From contig CAJQIG010000002.1 in assembly GCA_905478415.1 (NCBI GenBank), positions 120,834-184,833 on the forward strand: DNA of 64,000 bases. Reading direction: 5' to 3'. Source of the DNA: an uncultured Patescibacteria group bacterium. Its GTDB lineage: Bacteria > Patescibacteriota > Microgenomatia > UBA1400 > PJMF01. Position 1 is the first letter of the stretch. The number at the start of each line of letters is the position of its first letter. Shown here piece by piece: positions 45,998 through 55,015 of this stretch. Both the position numbers and the translations under genes were made by a program. The notes below the pieces were generated by a model. That model did no database searches. It saw only the letters and a list, made by a program, of their open reading frames with translations, and had not been told where the DNA came from.

Positions 45998-46069
45998 TGT
46001 CCCCACCGGGAATCGAACCTGGAGCCGTCGCTTAGGAGGCGACTGTTTTATCCGTTAAACTATGAGGAC
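45998..46069 (-). tRNA. tRNA-Arg (anticodon CCU)
   Basis: Manual fold of the reverse complement. Acceptor GTCCTCA/TGGGGAC; D-stem GTTT/AAAC with GG in the loop; anticodon stem GTCGC/GCGAC with loop CTCCTAA (U33, anticodon CCT, A37); T-arm CCAGG-TTCGATT-CCCGG (one A.C mismatch); discriminator A; CCA not encoded. Confidence 0.8.
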
Positions 46070-46172
46070 TTTTTTTGTAGTTTTGATTATACCATTCGAG
46101 AGGGAAGAGTGCTGTGGATGCAAAAAGGTGCCACACGTATGTGACACCTTAGTGAGTATTCAATGTATTCAA

Positions 46173-46442
46173 CTATTGACTAAAGGCAACTACGAGAGCC
46201 CCTAAAAAGAGAAAGACCACAATCATAACAATGACGTTGACTAGAACAAACCATAGTACAAACAGCGCTACAAATGCGCTGACTGCGAAGGCAATGCCAA
46301 TTCCGAGTCCAGACACTACTCGAATAAGTATCGTATCGTCAGTAGTGAAAAAGACAACTATTGCTGCAATGATACCAACAACTACCGCAATACCAATACC
46401 GATGGGCAAAAGACCCTGTCCACTAAAAAACATCTCAATCAC
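46173..46442 (-). CDS. Small hydrophobic membrane protein (2-3 TM helices); hypothetical
   Basis: 89-aa ORF composed almost entirely of Gly/Ile/Val/Ala-rich helices; no homolog recognised. Confidence 0.3.
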   Translation of the reverse strand: MIEMFFSGQGLLPIGIGIAVVVGIIAAIVVFFTTDDTILIRVVSGLGIGIAFAVSAFVALFVLWFVLVNVIVMIVVFLFLGALVVAFSQ

Positions 46443-46625
46443 TTGTCACCTCTTAATGTGCGAATAGGTACCGCGTTGGTACCAGGTTAAATAAATTTGG
46501 AAAAAAATTATACCACACACTATTCTACCTGAGCTGCACACTAGCTACTCATCGCTGGTTTTAGTCAAGCGTGCTATAGTATTGAGGTCTGCCCTCGAGT
46601 GTTCTGATCGATACTCACTGACACC

Positions 46626-47738
46626 ATGATTGAACCAACCAAACTACCAACTGTCGAGTCAATCGATAGACACACCATTCTTTCTAGTCCGCTTACCGAT
46701 GATAAGTTTCTGCGTCCCGATGGCATGCCTTTTTGGCAGTTTTTAGAGATACACGACATTCCTTTTCAGAAGAAAGATTTTCCGTTTTTAACGAACTACT
46801 CAACACCTCGAATAAAGCCGAGTTTTGATTTTAAGCACTACATGGAGCTGAGTTCCCGTGGTGAGGCCCTTTCGTACCTGTACAGCGGCTTAGGCAGAGC
46901 ATTAAATTATGTCGGTCCCGTCTTAGATATGGAGATGAAGCATGGTTTCAATGATCATACCGATCGGCATACATTGTGGGTGAGTCAGACCGGTGTGGAG
47001 TTACTGCAACGATCGGGTCATTCCTATGATGGTAATGGCTACTTTGACGAAAAAACTGAAGTCTTAATGACATTGGTGGGCATGACTCATGATCTTGGAA
47101 ATCTGCAAACAAGGAAAGAACACAGTACCTATAGCGCCTGGTTGTTGACCAAACTTTTTGAAAACACGGTACTGAACGAACAAGAATTCAGAACGGCACT
47201 CTTTAGTATTCTCTTTCACGAGGAGCCCGTGTTGATTTCGCATGGTATCGATTTATCTGAAGGCAATCCACTACAGTGGGCATTGATTGCGGCTGACAAA
47301 ATGCATGTGGGCAGAGATCGAATTGGCGGTCGGTCTTTTGTGAGTGGAATTAAAAATGGGGCATTCGATGATATTCACATCTTGTTGAACGCATTGATTG
47401 TCAGGTCCTCATGGCACCTAGGAGTAGGTGAGTTTGTCTGGAACCTAGACTTCAGTGTTGATCAGCTTGAGAAAAAATTCGAGTCGTTTACGAAAGGTAA
47501 TACTCGGCTTTGGATGCCAAGTATTTTTCAGAAGATGTTCATAAGTAAGGGCACCATGTATCGAGAATCATTTGTTACTCAGTTTAGTGAAATCTATAAG
47601 GATCGAATCAAATTGGCAGCGCGCTCGGTGTTTCTACTGTTCCCGTATTTAAACTCGTTTAAGGTTGTTTTGACTGATAACGATACCCGTGCAAAAGTTG
47701 GCAGTGGGCAAGTAACTGTGTGTACCGAGCGTCGGTAA
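46626..47738 (+). CDS. HD-domain metal-dependent phosphohydrolase-like protein
   Basis: H..H pair (HGFNDHTDRHTLWV) and HD motif (LVGMTHDLGN), followed by conserved His/Asp residues. Confidence 0.5.
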   Translation: MIEPTKLPTVESIDRHTILSSPLTDDKFLRPDGMPFWQFLEIHDIPFQKKDFPFLTNYSTPRIKPSFDFKHYMELSSRGEALSYLYSGLGRALNYVGPVLDMEMKHGFNDHTDRHTLWVSQTGVELLQRSGHSYDGNGYFDEKTEVLMTLVGMTHDLGNLQTRKEHSTYSAWLLTKLFENTVLNEQEFRTALFSILFHEEPVLISHGIDLSEGNPLQWALIAADKMHVGRDRIGGRSFVSGIKNGAFDDIHILLNALIVRSSWHLGVGEFVWNLDFSVDQLEKKFESFTKGNTRLWMPSIFQKMFISKGTMYRESFVTQFSEIYKDRIKLAARSVFLLFPYLNSFKVVLTDNDTRAKVGSGQVTVCTERR

Positions 47739-47740
47739 GA

Positions 47741-49093
47741 TTATTTAAGTTCCACAGCGTACAGGTTGAGTGGTGTTTCAGGACTAAAGCTAGTCATGAT
47801 GATGAGACGTTCGGCGTTTGGTGATGGATAGACAAATTCGTCAGCGAATGGTCCAGAATAGAGCGTTGTTTGGTTACCAGCGTCATGCTCCATAACTTTG
47901 ATGTTGCCATTTTCTACATACAGCAAATGTTTTGAGTCAGGGTACCATTGGAAGGTGTGTGAGTAGACAGGACTGTGGTAGCTATTGAAGTTGTTAGCAG
48001 TCTGAGCCGATTGGGTGGCTTGCAGAGTGGTGAACGAACTCGCAGAAGCAGTTAGTAGTGGAGAAGTTGTATCGAAAGCATCAATTGCTAACAGTCGCTT
48101 GGTTGTTTTGTCATTGTTTATAGTGGCTTCCGCAACTTTATAGTTTCGATCTTCTTCTCGGTCATAGACATAGATTGCATTTGGTTCTAGCTGGCGATTT
48201 TCTTCGACAGAGTTAGTCGAAGGTAGTGGGTTATTGACGATGTCTGCAGGCAGTGTTTGTTGCTCTTTGGCGGTATAGAGGAGACGCTTTTTATCTGGAG
48301 AGATGTAGACATTTTCTGCACTGGCAGTGGCGATGGCAACAACTTCTTTTGGAAACTCGCTTAAGAATTGACGTTCTCTCAGGTACATTTCTTGCTCCCA
48401 CTCACTCAGGATGAGACTTTCTTTATACCCAACATCGGGTAATAGGTTGAGGGTGTTTTGTTTATTTGCATCGACCAGCACGGTCCGATTGGGGGTGATG
48501 AGCATGATCTCGCTTGAATCTGGTGACCAGATATAACGAGCTTCAGAGAGATCAAAATTTGTAGAGTCTTCTGCAATTTGCTTTGGTCCTTTTGAAAAAC
48601 TGAGGTTGTTGCTGTATGAAGTCAAATCAAGCACATAGAGTCCATTTTTTTTCTGGGCGCTGGCTGAAGCAGAATAGTAGACAATTTTTTCGCCATCTGG
48701 AGAGGGTTGGAGGTTGGTAACTCCAGAAAAAGTTAGGGTTGAAAGACTTGGCGCCAGTGGAAACAGTTGTGCATTCGTTTGTGTGACAAGTTCTTTCTCA
48801 ATCATCACTCGTTTTTTCCAAGGAGCATAGCCATCCTTGATGATTTCTATGTCATAGTGCCCGGGTTCAAGATAAATGGTATCATCGGAAGCAGTAACCA
48901 GCTTGTCATCAATATGAACTTCCGCGCCAGTTGGAAATGAGTTAGCTGCCAGCAACCCAGTGCCTTGCACAAATCCTTCGTCGGTAACGCGCAGATTGCC
49001 TTTGGCATACTGAATGGCTACCGCACTGCAGACCAAGATGATAGCGGCTGAAACAAAAGTATAGATAGTTTTTCTATTGAAAATAGATGTCAC
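47741..49093 (-). CDS. Membrane-anchored protein with a PEGA domain and a TolB-like beta-propeller
   Basis: N-terminal TM anchor. PEGA-like segment PTGAEVHIDDKLVTASDDTIYLEPGHYDIEIIKDGYAPWKKRVMI. Repeated SPDG/SPDS..I.Y blades (LQPSPDGEKIVYY, IWSPDSSEIMLI, YISPDKKRLLYTA, WYPDSKHLLYVENG). Confidence 0.5.
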   Translation of the reverse strand: MTSIFNRKTIYTFVSAAIILVCSAVAIQYAKGNLRVTDEGFVQGTGLLAANSFPTGAEVHIDDKLVTASDDTIYLEPGHYDIEIIKDGYAPWKKRVMIEKELVTQTNAQLFPLAPSLSTLTFSGVTNLQPSPDGEKIVYYSASASAQKKNGLYVLDLTSYSNNLSFSKGPKQIAEDSTNFDLSEARYIWSPDSSEIMLITPNRTVLVDANKQNTLNLLPDVGYKESLILSEWEQEMYLRERQFLSEFPKEVVAIATASAENVYISPDKKRLLYTAKEQQTLPADIVNNPLPSTNSVEENRQLEPNAIYVYDREEDRNYKVAEATINNDKTTKRLLAIDAFDTTSPLLTASASSFTTLQATQSAQTANNFNSYHSPVYSHTFQWYPDSKHLLYVENGNIKVMEHDAGNQTTLYSGPFADEFVYPSPNAERLIIMTSFSPETPLNLYAVELK

Positions 49094-49162
49094 AACGTTA
49101 TTATAACCTTATAGAGTACAATTAGCCAAGGAATTATTTTAGGAGAGGGAGAAACAGCAAGT

Positions 49163-50185
49163 ATGGCCACTATTTTATCAAGTTTTACTCAAGTTATAGG
49201 AATCGATCTCGGTTCTTCTATGGTACGTATTTGGACACCGCAAGCTGGAGTAGTAGTGGCAGAACCTGCCTATTTGGCAATCGATAGTAGTACTAAAAAA
49301 GTATTGGCAGTAGGAACTGAGGCTAGAGCCATGCAGGGTCGAGTGCTGAAAGGGGTCGAAATTCTACAACCGATTCGAGATGGCAAAGTGTACGATTTTC
49401 ATTCAGCCCAGGCTTTGCTGAAAATTTTTGTTCAAAAAATTCAGCAGCGGATCCCGTTTGCCAGTAAAACGATTATGGTGAGTGTGCCTGCAAATAAAAC
49501 TGAGACGAGCCAAAATATTGTTTCTGACTTGATGTATAGTTTGGGAGCTGGATCGGTGTATACCATTTCTCAGCCACTCGCCGCCTCGATTGGTGCGGGT
49601 ATTCCAATTGCTGATGCCTCTGGAACTATTGTGGTTCAGTTCGGAGCAGATTTGGTCGAAGCAGCGGTGATTTCGCTTGGAAGTGTGATTACTTCGAGCA
49701 CTTCATATAAGGCTGGGACCTACTTTAATCAAAGAATTCAGTACCTCCTTCGTAAGAAAAAAAACTTTGAAGTAGCTTTCGAGGTAGCTGAGAAGTTAAA
49801 GCGTGAAATTGTTTCATTGGATAAGAATGTGCAGAAGAAAATGTTGGTAGCGGGCAAGGATAGTTTGAAGGGAAATCCCCGAGAAATTACACTCGAAACG
49901 AAAGATCTTGCCCCAGAAGCACTGAAACTGTTTGATCACTATGAGCAACTTATTAAAACTATGTTAACTCGGATTCCTCCGGAGCTGACGGTAGATATTG
50001 TCGATAAGGGTATTATTCTTTCTGGTGGCGGAGCAGGAGTTGATGGCAGCACCCAGTACTTTGTTGATCGACTTGGTGTGCCAGTCTCAGTTGTTGATGA
50101 TGCTCCAGATGTTGTAATCAAGGGCATCGCCACAGCACTCGAAAATTTGGATGAATTTATTCAAAGTATAGGATACAGAAACTAG
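49163..50185 (+). CDS. mreB: Rod-shape-determining actin homolog MreB
   Basis: IGIDLGSSMVRIW (phosphate-1), VSVPANKTETSQNIVSDLMYSLGAG, IVVQFGADLVEAAVISLG, ILSGGGAGVDGSTQYFVDRLGVPVSVVDDAPDVVIKG. 340 aa. Confidence 0.8.
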   Translation: MATILSSFTQVIGIDLGSSMVRIWTPQAGVVVAEPAYLAIDSSTKKVLAVGTEARAMQGRVLKGVEILQPIRDGKVYDFHSAQALLKIFVQKIQQRIPFASKTIMVSVPANKTETSQNIVSDLMYSLGAGSVYTISQPLAASIGAGIPIADASGTIVVQFGADLVEAAVISLGSVITSSTSYKAGTYFNQRIQYLLRKKKNFEVAFEVAEKLKREIVSLDKNVQKKMLVAGKDSLKGNPREITLETKDLAPEALKLFDHYEQLIKTMLTRIPPELTVDIVDKGIILSGGGAGVDGSTQYFVDRLGVPVSVVDDAPDVVIKGIATALENLDEFIQSIGYRN

Positions 50186-50205
50186 TTTCAAAAGATAGGG
50201 ATTTT

Positions 50206-50937
50206 ATGGCAATTTCAGTTGTAACACTTAATATCGAAGGAGATAGACACTTTGATCGATTTTTACCAGTTATTCAAAAAATGCAGCCTGACGTTGTCTG
50301 TTTACAGGAAGTATTTAAGGTTGATCTGCCTCGAATTGCGGAGGCTCTCGGTTTTGTCGAATCTCAGTTTGCGTTTATGCCCATGACGAGTATTGATGAA
50401 GAAAACCAATACGATATTTCTCCCCGAGGAGAGTGGGGGATTGCGTTGCTTACTCGACTCGAACACAGTAGTTTCACTACGTTGGTGTATAAGGGGACAG
50501 GGACGGTGCCAAAGTTTACAACTCCCAACTCAGTGAACCGAGGACTGCTCCTGACCACGGTTTCAAAAGAAGGTACTTCTGTGCCAATTGCGACCACACA
50601 CTTTACTTGGACAGGAGACGGTGAAACTTCTGCAGAACAACAACGAGATTTTGAAAGTTTGGCCCGTTTTACCAGTTTTCTACCTCCTCACATTCTCTGT
50701 GGGGATTTCAACTCACCTAGAGGAAAGAAAACTTTTTCACTGTTTGAAACTCTCTACACCGACGGATTACCACCAGAGGTAACCACTACTATTGATGGTG
50801 CATTGCATTATTCGGGAGGATTGGAGTTGGCAGTAGATACTGTTTTTTATCAGCAACCATTTGTAGTCACTGACGTTTCAGTCTTTGAAGGTGTTTCAGA
50901 TCACAAAGGGCTTCACTTCAAAGTGACAACAAGTTAG
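50206..50937 (+). CDS. Endonuclease/exonuclease/phosphatase (EEP) family protein
   Basis: VVTLNIEGDRHFDRFLPVIQKMQPDVVCLQEV... plus C-terminal GDFNS and SDH motifs typical of the EEP fold. Confidence 0.7.
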   Translation: MAISVVTLNIEGDRHFDRFLPVIQKMQPDVVCLQEVFKVDLPRIAEALGFVESQFAFMPMTSIDEENQYDISPRGEWGIALLTRLEHSSFTTLVYKGTGTVPKFTTPNSVNRGLLLTTVSKEGTSVPIATTHFTWTGDGETSAEQQRDFESLARFTSFLPPHILCGDFNSPRGKKTFSLFETLYTDGLPPEVTTTIDGALHYSGGLELAVDTVFYQQPFVVTDVSVFEGVSDHKGLHFKVTTS

Positions 50938-52325
50938 TCTTCTTGGACAAACTGTTTAAATTGATTTCCGCGATCTTCGTAGTTTTTGAATCTACCAAAA
51001 CTTGCTGCTGCTGGACTCATCAACACCACATCACCAGATTTAGCCATTTTTTTTGCAATGTGCACAGCCTCAGACATGGTCTCTACCTTAAAGTAGTTAT
51101 CGGGTATGAGTGGATGTGTTGGCTCAATTTTGTACATATGCCCAATTATTTTTTCTCCGGTTGGGGGAAAGAGAATGAGGGCTTTGATGGGAGCGGCAAG
51201 AATTTTTTTAGCTAACGCATGGAAATCCAGAGACCGATCATAGCCTCCAGCAATGAGAATTATGTGTTTTTCCGAAAATGCCTCGAGGGCTGCAATAGTT
51301 GCTTCTGGGGTTGTGGCCAGAGAATCGTTGACAAAGAGGACATCAGAATTTGGAGCTTTTACTGGTTCAAGTCGATGCGGTAGTGGGGTGAAAGTTGTGA
51401 GTGCTTTTTCCAAGATGGCTAGTGGAATCTCTAGGAGTTGTGCAACAACATAACTTGGTGCCATGTTGTAGTGATTATGTTTTCCTAGCAAACTTGTTGT
51501 TGTTTGATTTAGCAGCACGGATATCTCTTTTGATAGTTGGTTTATATCTGGATTTTCGAGGCTGAACACATGTTTTTGAGCGGGACTTTGTTCGGCAAGT
51601 TTGACCACTGAATCAAAATCACTCGAGTAGATAAGGTGATCACTTTTAGTTTGGAATTTTGCAATAGTGGCTTTAGCCTCGAGATATGTCTCGAATGAAT
51701 CGTAGTAATCAAGGTGCTCTGGAACAATCTCTTGGATAACGGCTATGTGTGGACTGGTCGAAACTCGTGAAAGCTGGTGAGAGGATAGTTCGAGCACGAC
51801 ATGTAAATTTTGGTTTTTATTGCTTTGAGCAGCGGCTCGAATAGCTGGGATGACTTCGAGTGGTGGGATGCCCATGTTGCCAGCATAGAACGAGGTGTGG
51901 TTTGCAGTTTCGAGCAGATGCTGTATCAGTGCTGAAGTGGTGCTTTTTCCCTTGGTCCCAGTGACACCAATAGTTTTAATAGCTGGGTTAATACTTTTCA
52001 ATTCAGAGAAGAAGAGCTCTAAATTAGAGGAAATAGTGGCTCTCCTTTGAGTGAGCTCTATAAAGAGTGGCGCATGAGGAGGAATTCCTGGAGAACAGTA
52101 CGCCACGGGATAATCCAAATTTTCAGGTAGTGTTTGTGTGACGTGCGTGTGAGGGTGTGTGGCAATTTCTTGCCAAGAGGGAGAGAGTTCTGACAGCGGT
52201 TTCTCATCGAGAAGTACAATGTCTAGGTTGGGACTTTTAGTCCGGAGATACTGATAGGTAGAGAGACCTTCTCGGCCAAGGCCAAAAATGAGGACCGATC
52301 CAACTGTTTGAGTATCGTTATGCAT
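50934..52325 (-). CDS. murD: UDP-N-acetylmuramoylalanine--D-glutamate ligase
   Basis: N-terminal Rossmann (LIFGLGREGLS), Mur ligase P-loop GVTGTKGKSTTSALIQHLL, C-terminal IAGGYDRSLDFHALAKKI and NDSLATTPEATIAALEAF. Confidence 0.75.
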   Translation of the reverse strand: MHNDTQTVGSVLIFGLGREGLSTYQYLRTKSPNLDIVLLDEKPLSELSPSWQEIATHPHTHVTQTLPENLDYPVAYCSPGIPPHAPLFIELTQRRATISSNLELFFSELKSINPAIKTIGVTGTKGKSTTSALIQHLLETANHTSFYAGNMGIPPLEVIPAIRAAAQSNKNQNLHVVLELSSHQLSRVSTSPHIAVIQEIVPEHLDYYDSFETYLEAKATIAKFQTKSDHLIYSSDFDSVVKLAEQSPAQKHVFSLENPDINQLSKEISVLLNQTTTSLLGKHNHYNMAPSYVVAQLLEIPLAILEKALTTFTPLPHRLEPVKAPNSDVLFVNDSLATTPEATIAALEAFSEKHIILIAGGYDRSLDFHALAKKILAAPIKALILFPPTGEKIIGHMYKIEPTHPLIPDNYFKVETMSEAVHIAKKMAKSGDVVLMSPAAASFGRFKNYEDRGNQFKQFVQED

Positions 52326-53694
52326 CGAGCGCCTTTCTGACTATGGTTTCAAGGGAGGTTGGAATCAGGTGTGCAGCATTCCAACTTTTTAAAACTGTCT
52401 GCGTTCGTTCCTCAAGATTCTCCTGACTGAAAAGGATTTCATCAGCAACTTTTTTGAGGAGTGCTGGATAGTTTGCTTGTGGGAATTGCTTTGTGGCTAG
52501 ATAAAAAGCGCAGACTGTTTCTTCGTGCGTACCTACGCACTCGAGTGGTTTTTTGTCGCCAACCCCAAGTAATTCTTGCGCAACGGGATAGAGTGAGAGA
52601 TCAGCAAGAAGGTCTTTTCCGAAGAAAGTAGCGACTTTTTCAGGTCCAAGGAATGGCACCATCATGATGTAGGCAAAGAGGCATTTTGAGCATTCGCCGC
52701 ACCAGCTATTTGTTTTTTGACCTCTGTTACAACTTCGAAACACGGGGTGATACTGTTCGAATTTCGAAAAAATTTGAGCAATTTGCAGTTCGTAGAGGGG
52801 GCGTAGAAAGGAGAAGTAGTCAGGTGTCCCCACGGGCAGATACTTTTGGGAGTAATCGGCTAAGTCAGTCTCGAACTCAAAGGTTTTTGAGTATTGATGG
52901 TTGATTTCTTGGTTGCAGAACATGACATTACCTTCATTCGAGCTGCGTTCATTTGAGATAGCAATATGAGAATATCCTTGAAGGCGAGCTGCCAAGATGC
53001 TAACGAAGGCAATCACGGATGAGACTGGCACGTGACCGTTGAGGTAGCCCTGCTGGTTAAGCTCGAGGAGCTTGGGGTCCAGTTTTCTTTGCACGGTGAC
53101 AGTGTCGGTGATGGTACTGGTTGCTAGTGTTTCGACTGCAGAGGGCAGCGGGTTGATCATGAAGCCGGCAACTTGGTTTGGTAGTGCTTGTGATAAGAGC
53201 TCAAGGGTGACAGCAGAATCTTTACCACCACCTAGAGGGATGAGTATTTTGTGAATTTTTTCTTCTGAAAGTTGTGTAGTGATTGGGTTTTGATCTCTAG
53301 GTTTTGCTTCGAGCGTTACAAAGTCTGGTTCGTTAAAGTGAATATCATTGACGAAAAAGTACTCACCCATGCCTTTGATGAGGAGTTTGTGCCACCACTG
53401 GGTTTGTGATTGGCTCAATGCTCCGGCTGAGATCTTGATGGTTGGACTTGCCGTTAGTTTCCAGTAGTTAAGCATCTCGGCTAAACCAATGGTGAACACA
53501 TAGGTTTCGAGGTCAGCTGTGGACAGTTGTGATAGGTGTTTTTCTGAAATGTCATTGAGAATGATGGTATGTTCGAATTGATGTTCGCTTAAAGTGTAGA
53601 TAAATCGAAGTTCGAGACCAGCCGAGGTAGTGTGGTGCTGGTAGGAGACAAACTCGAAAGTGGGATAGGTTTTTCGTAGTTCTTGAACGGTCAT
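52318..53694 (-). CDS. PP-loop (adenine nucleotide alpha-hydrolase superfamily) ATP pyrophosphatase with a C-terminal Cys cluster and an N-terminal ~190-aa extension; function unknown
   Basis: PP-loop LIPLGGGKDSAVTLELL (SGGxDS-type). QueC/TtcA-like Cys cluster CNRGQKTNSWCGECSKC. 4-nt overlap with murD start. Confidence 0.45.
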   Translation of the reverse strand: MTVQELRKTYPTFEFVSYQHHTTSAGLELRFIYTLSEHQFEHTIILNDISEKHLSQLSTADLETYVFTIGLAEMLNYWKLTASPTIKISAGALSQSQTQWWHKLLIKGMGEYFFVNDIHFNEPDFVTLEAKPRDQNPITTQLSEEKIHKILIPLGGGKDSAVTLELLSQALPNQVAGFMINPLPSAVETLATSTITDTVTVQRKLDPKLLELNQQGYLNGHVPVSSVIAFVSILAARLQGYSHIAISNERSSNEGNVMFCNQEINHQYSKTFEFETDLADYSQKYLPVGTPDYFSFLRPLYELQIAQIFSKFEQYHPVFRSCNRGQKTNSWCGECSKCLFAYIMMVPFLGPEKVATFFGKDLLADLSLYPVAQELLGVGDKKPLECVGTHEETVCAFYLATKQFPQANYPALLKKVADEILFSQENLEERTQTVLKSWNAAHLIPTSLETIVRKALDA

Positions 53695-54188
53695 AGTGTG
53701 CTTTTCTAAGACCCATTATAGTAGAGAATGGTAGAAATAAGAAGACTTGTTGCAGGTTGCAGTTTCGGGAGGTTTTGGTCTTTTTTTGCAGGAAAAGATG
53801 GGAAGAGAGTGAGTACAGTACTTGTGAGAGTTCATGAATCTATTTTTCCAAAAATTACAAGGTGTTTGTTTTTTTTGTTTTTATCACAAACATCAAGTAA
53901 AAAAGTGTTCATAAAATACAAAAAAGATCAATTCAATGAGTAGCTTATCTACTTGAAACTGAAAGGTCGGGTGGTTATATATTATTTTTTAATGCAGAGC
54001 TGATTTTTAGGCGAATATAATACGAACATGGGAATGGTGTACAATGATGTGTAGACATGTTTTTTGAGGTATCGTCAGCGAGTAAATGGAGCAGTCTGCA
54101 AATGGACAAATTGACACCAAAACGTTGTTTTTTGTTCGGTTTGAGTATGGGTATCACGAATATTGGTAAGTATATAAAAGAGGTATAA

Positions 54189-55013
54189 ATGACTGATAGT
54201 TCAAATTTTTTATCAAAATTCAACTTGCATAGCAGTGGCACCATCACTCTGCTAGAAAAATTGCAGTTTTCATCACATTCCGAAAAGAAGTTGCAGGTGC
54301 TTTTTACGCCAAATCCTGAACAAATTGTTCTGGCAAGTAAAGACAAGAGTTTCGCTGAAGCTTTGTGCCAGGCAGACATAGTGATTCCGGATGGTATTGG
54401 TCTTGTTTTTGCTTCCAGGCTATTTAGCCTGGCAGGAAGAGGTGCCAAAATTGTCGAACGGATTCCAGGCGTAGATATTGTTCAAAAACTATTGCACCAG
54501 GCAAAGGAGAAAAAACTCAAAGTTTTGGTTATTGGCGGCATGGCCTATAGTGGGTTGTCATATAAAAGTTGGCAGATTCGGGAGCTAGACCACTTGGCTG
54601 CTCAAAAAAACCAAGCAACTATCCAGAACAATGTGGCGGCAGGACTCTGGTGGACGCCAGCTTTCGAAGATGCTCGGTATCCAACATCAAAAGAGCAGAG
54701 CCTTTTAGAAAAACACATTACAGCACTGAGTCCCGATATTATCTTTGTAGCTTTTGGAGCTCCAACTCAGGAAAAATGGGTGATTGAAAATCGAAAGCTG
54801 TTAGAAAAGCAAGGTGTCCAGTTGGCGATGGTAGTCGGCGGTGCCTTTGATATGCTTTTAGGCAAGGTTGATCGAGCACCTAAACTCATACGCACCTTGG
54901 GCTTGGAATGGCTTTTTAGGCTGGTTCAGGAGCCATGGAGATGGCGGCGACAGCTGCGGTTGGTGGAGTTTGTAAAACTAGTCATAGGGGACTTGTTGCA
55001 GCTGAGAACATAA
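54189..55013 (+). CDS. WecB/TagA/CpsF-family glycosyltransferase (N-acetylmannosaminyltransferase-like, wall teichoic acid / polysaccharide linkage unit)
   Basis: IPDGIGLVFASRLF, VFVAFGAPTQEKWV, LAMVVGGAFDMLLGKVDRAPKLIRTLGLEWLFRLVQEPWRWRR (family signature C-terminus). Confidence 0.8.
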   Translation: MTDSSNFLSKFNLHSSGTITLLEKLQFSSHSEKKLQVLFTPNPEQIVLASKDKSFAEALCQADIVIPDGIGLVFASRLFSLAGRGAKIVERIPGVDIVQKLLHQAKEKKLKVLVIGGMAYSGLSYKSWQIRELDHLAAQKNQATIQNNVAAGLWWTPAFEDARYPTSKEQSLLEKHITALSPDIIFVAFGAPTQEKWVIENRKLLEKQGVQLAMVVGGAFDMLLGKVDRAPKLIRTLGLEWLFRLVQEPWRWRRQLRLVEFVKLVIGDLLQLRT

Positions 55014-55015
55014 AT

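Noticed and set aside
53728-54448. ORFs 53728-53943 (+) and 53975-54448 (-) in the murD-cluster/tagA spacer
   Set aside because: Low-complexity, Lys/Phe-rich, with no motifs; the minus ORF overlaps the tagA start region. More likely promoter/leader DNA.
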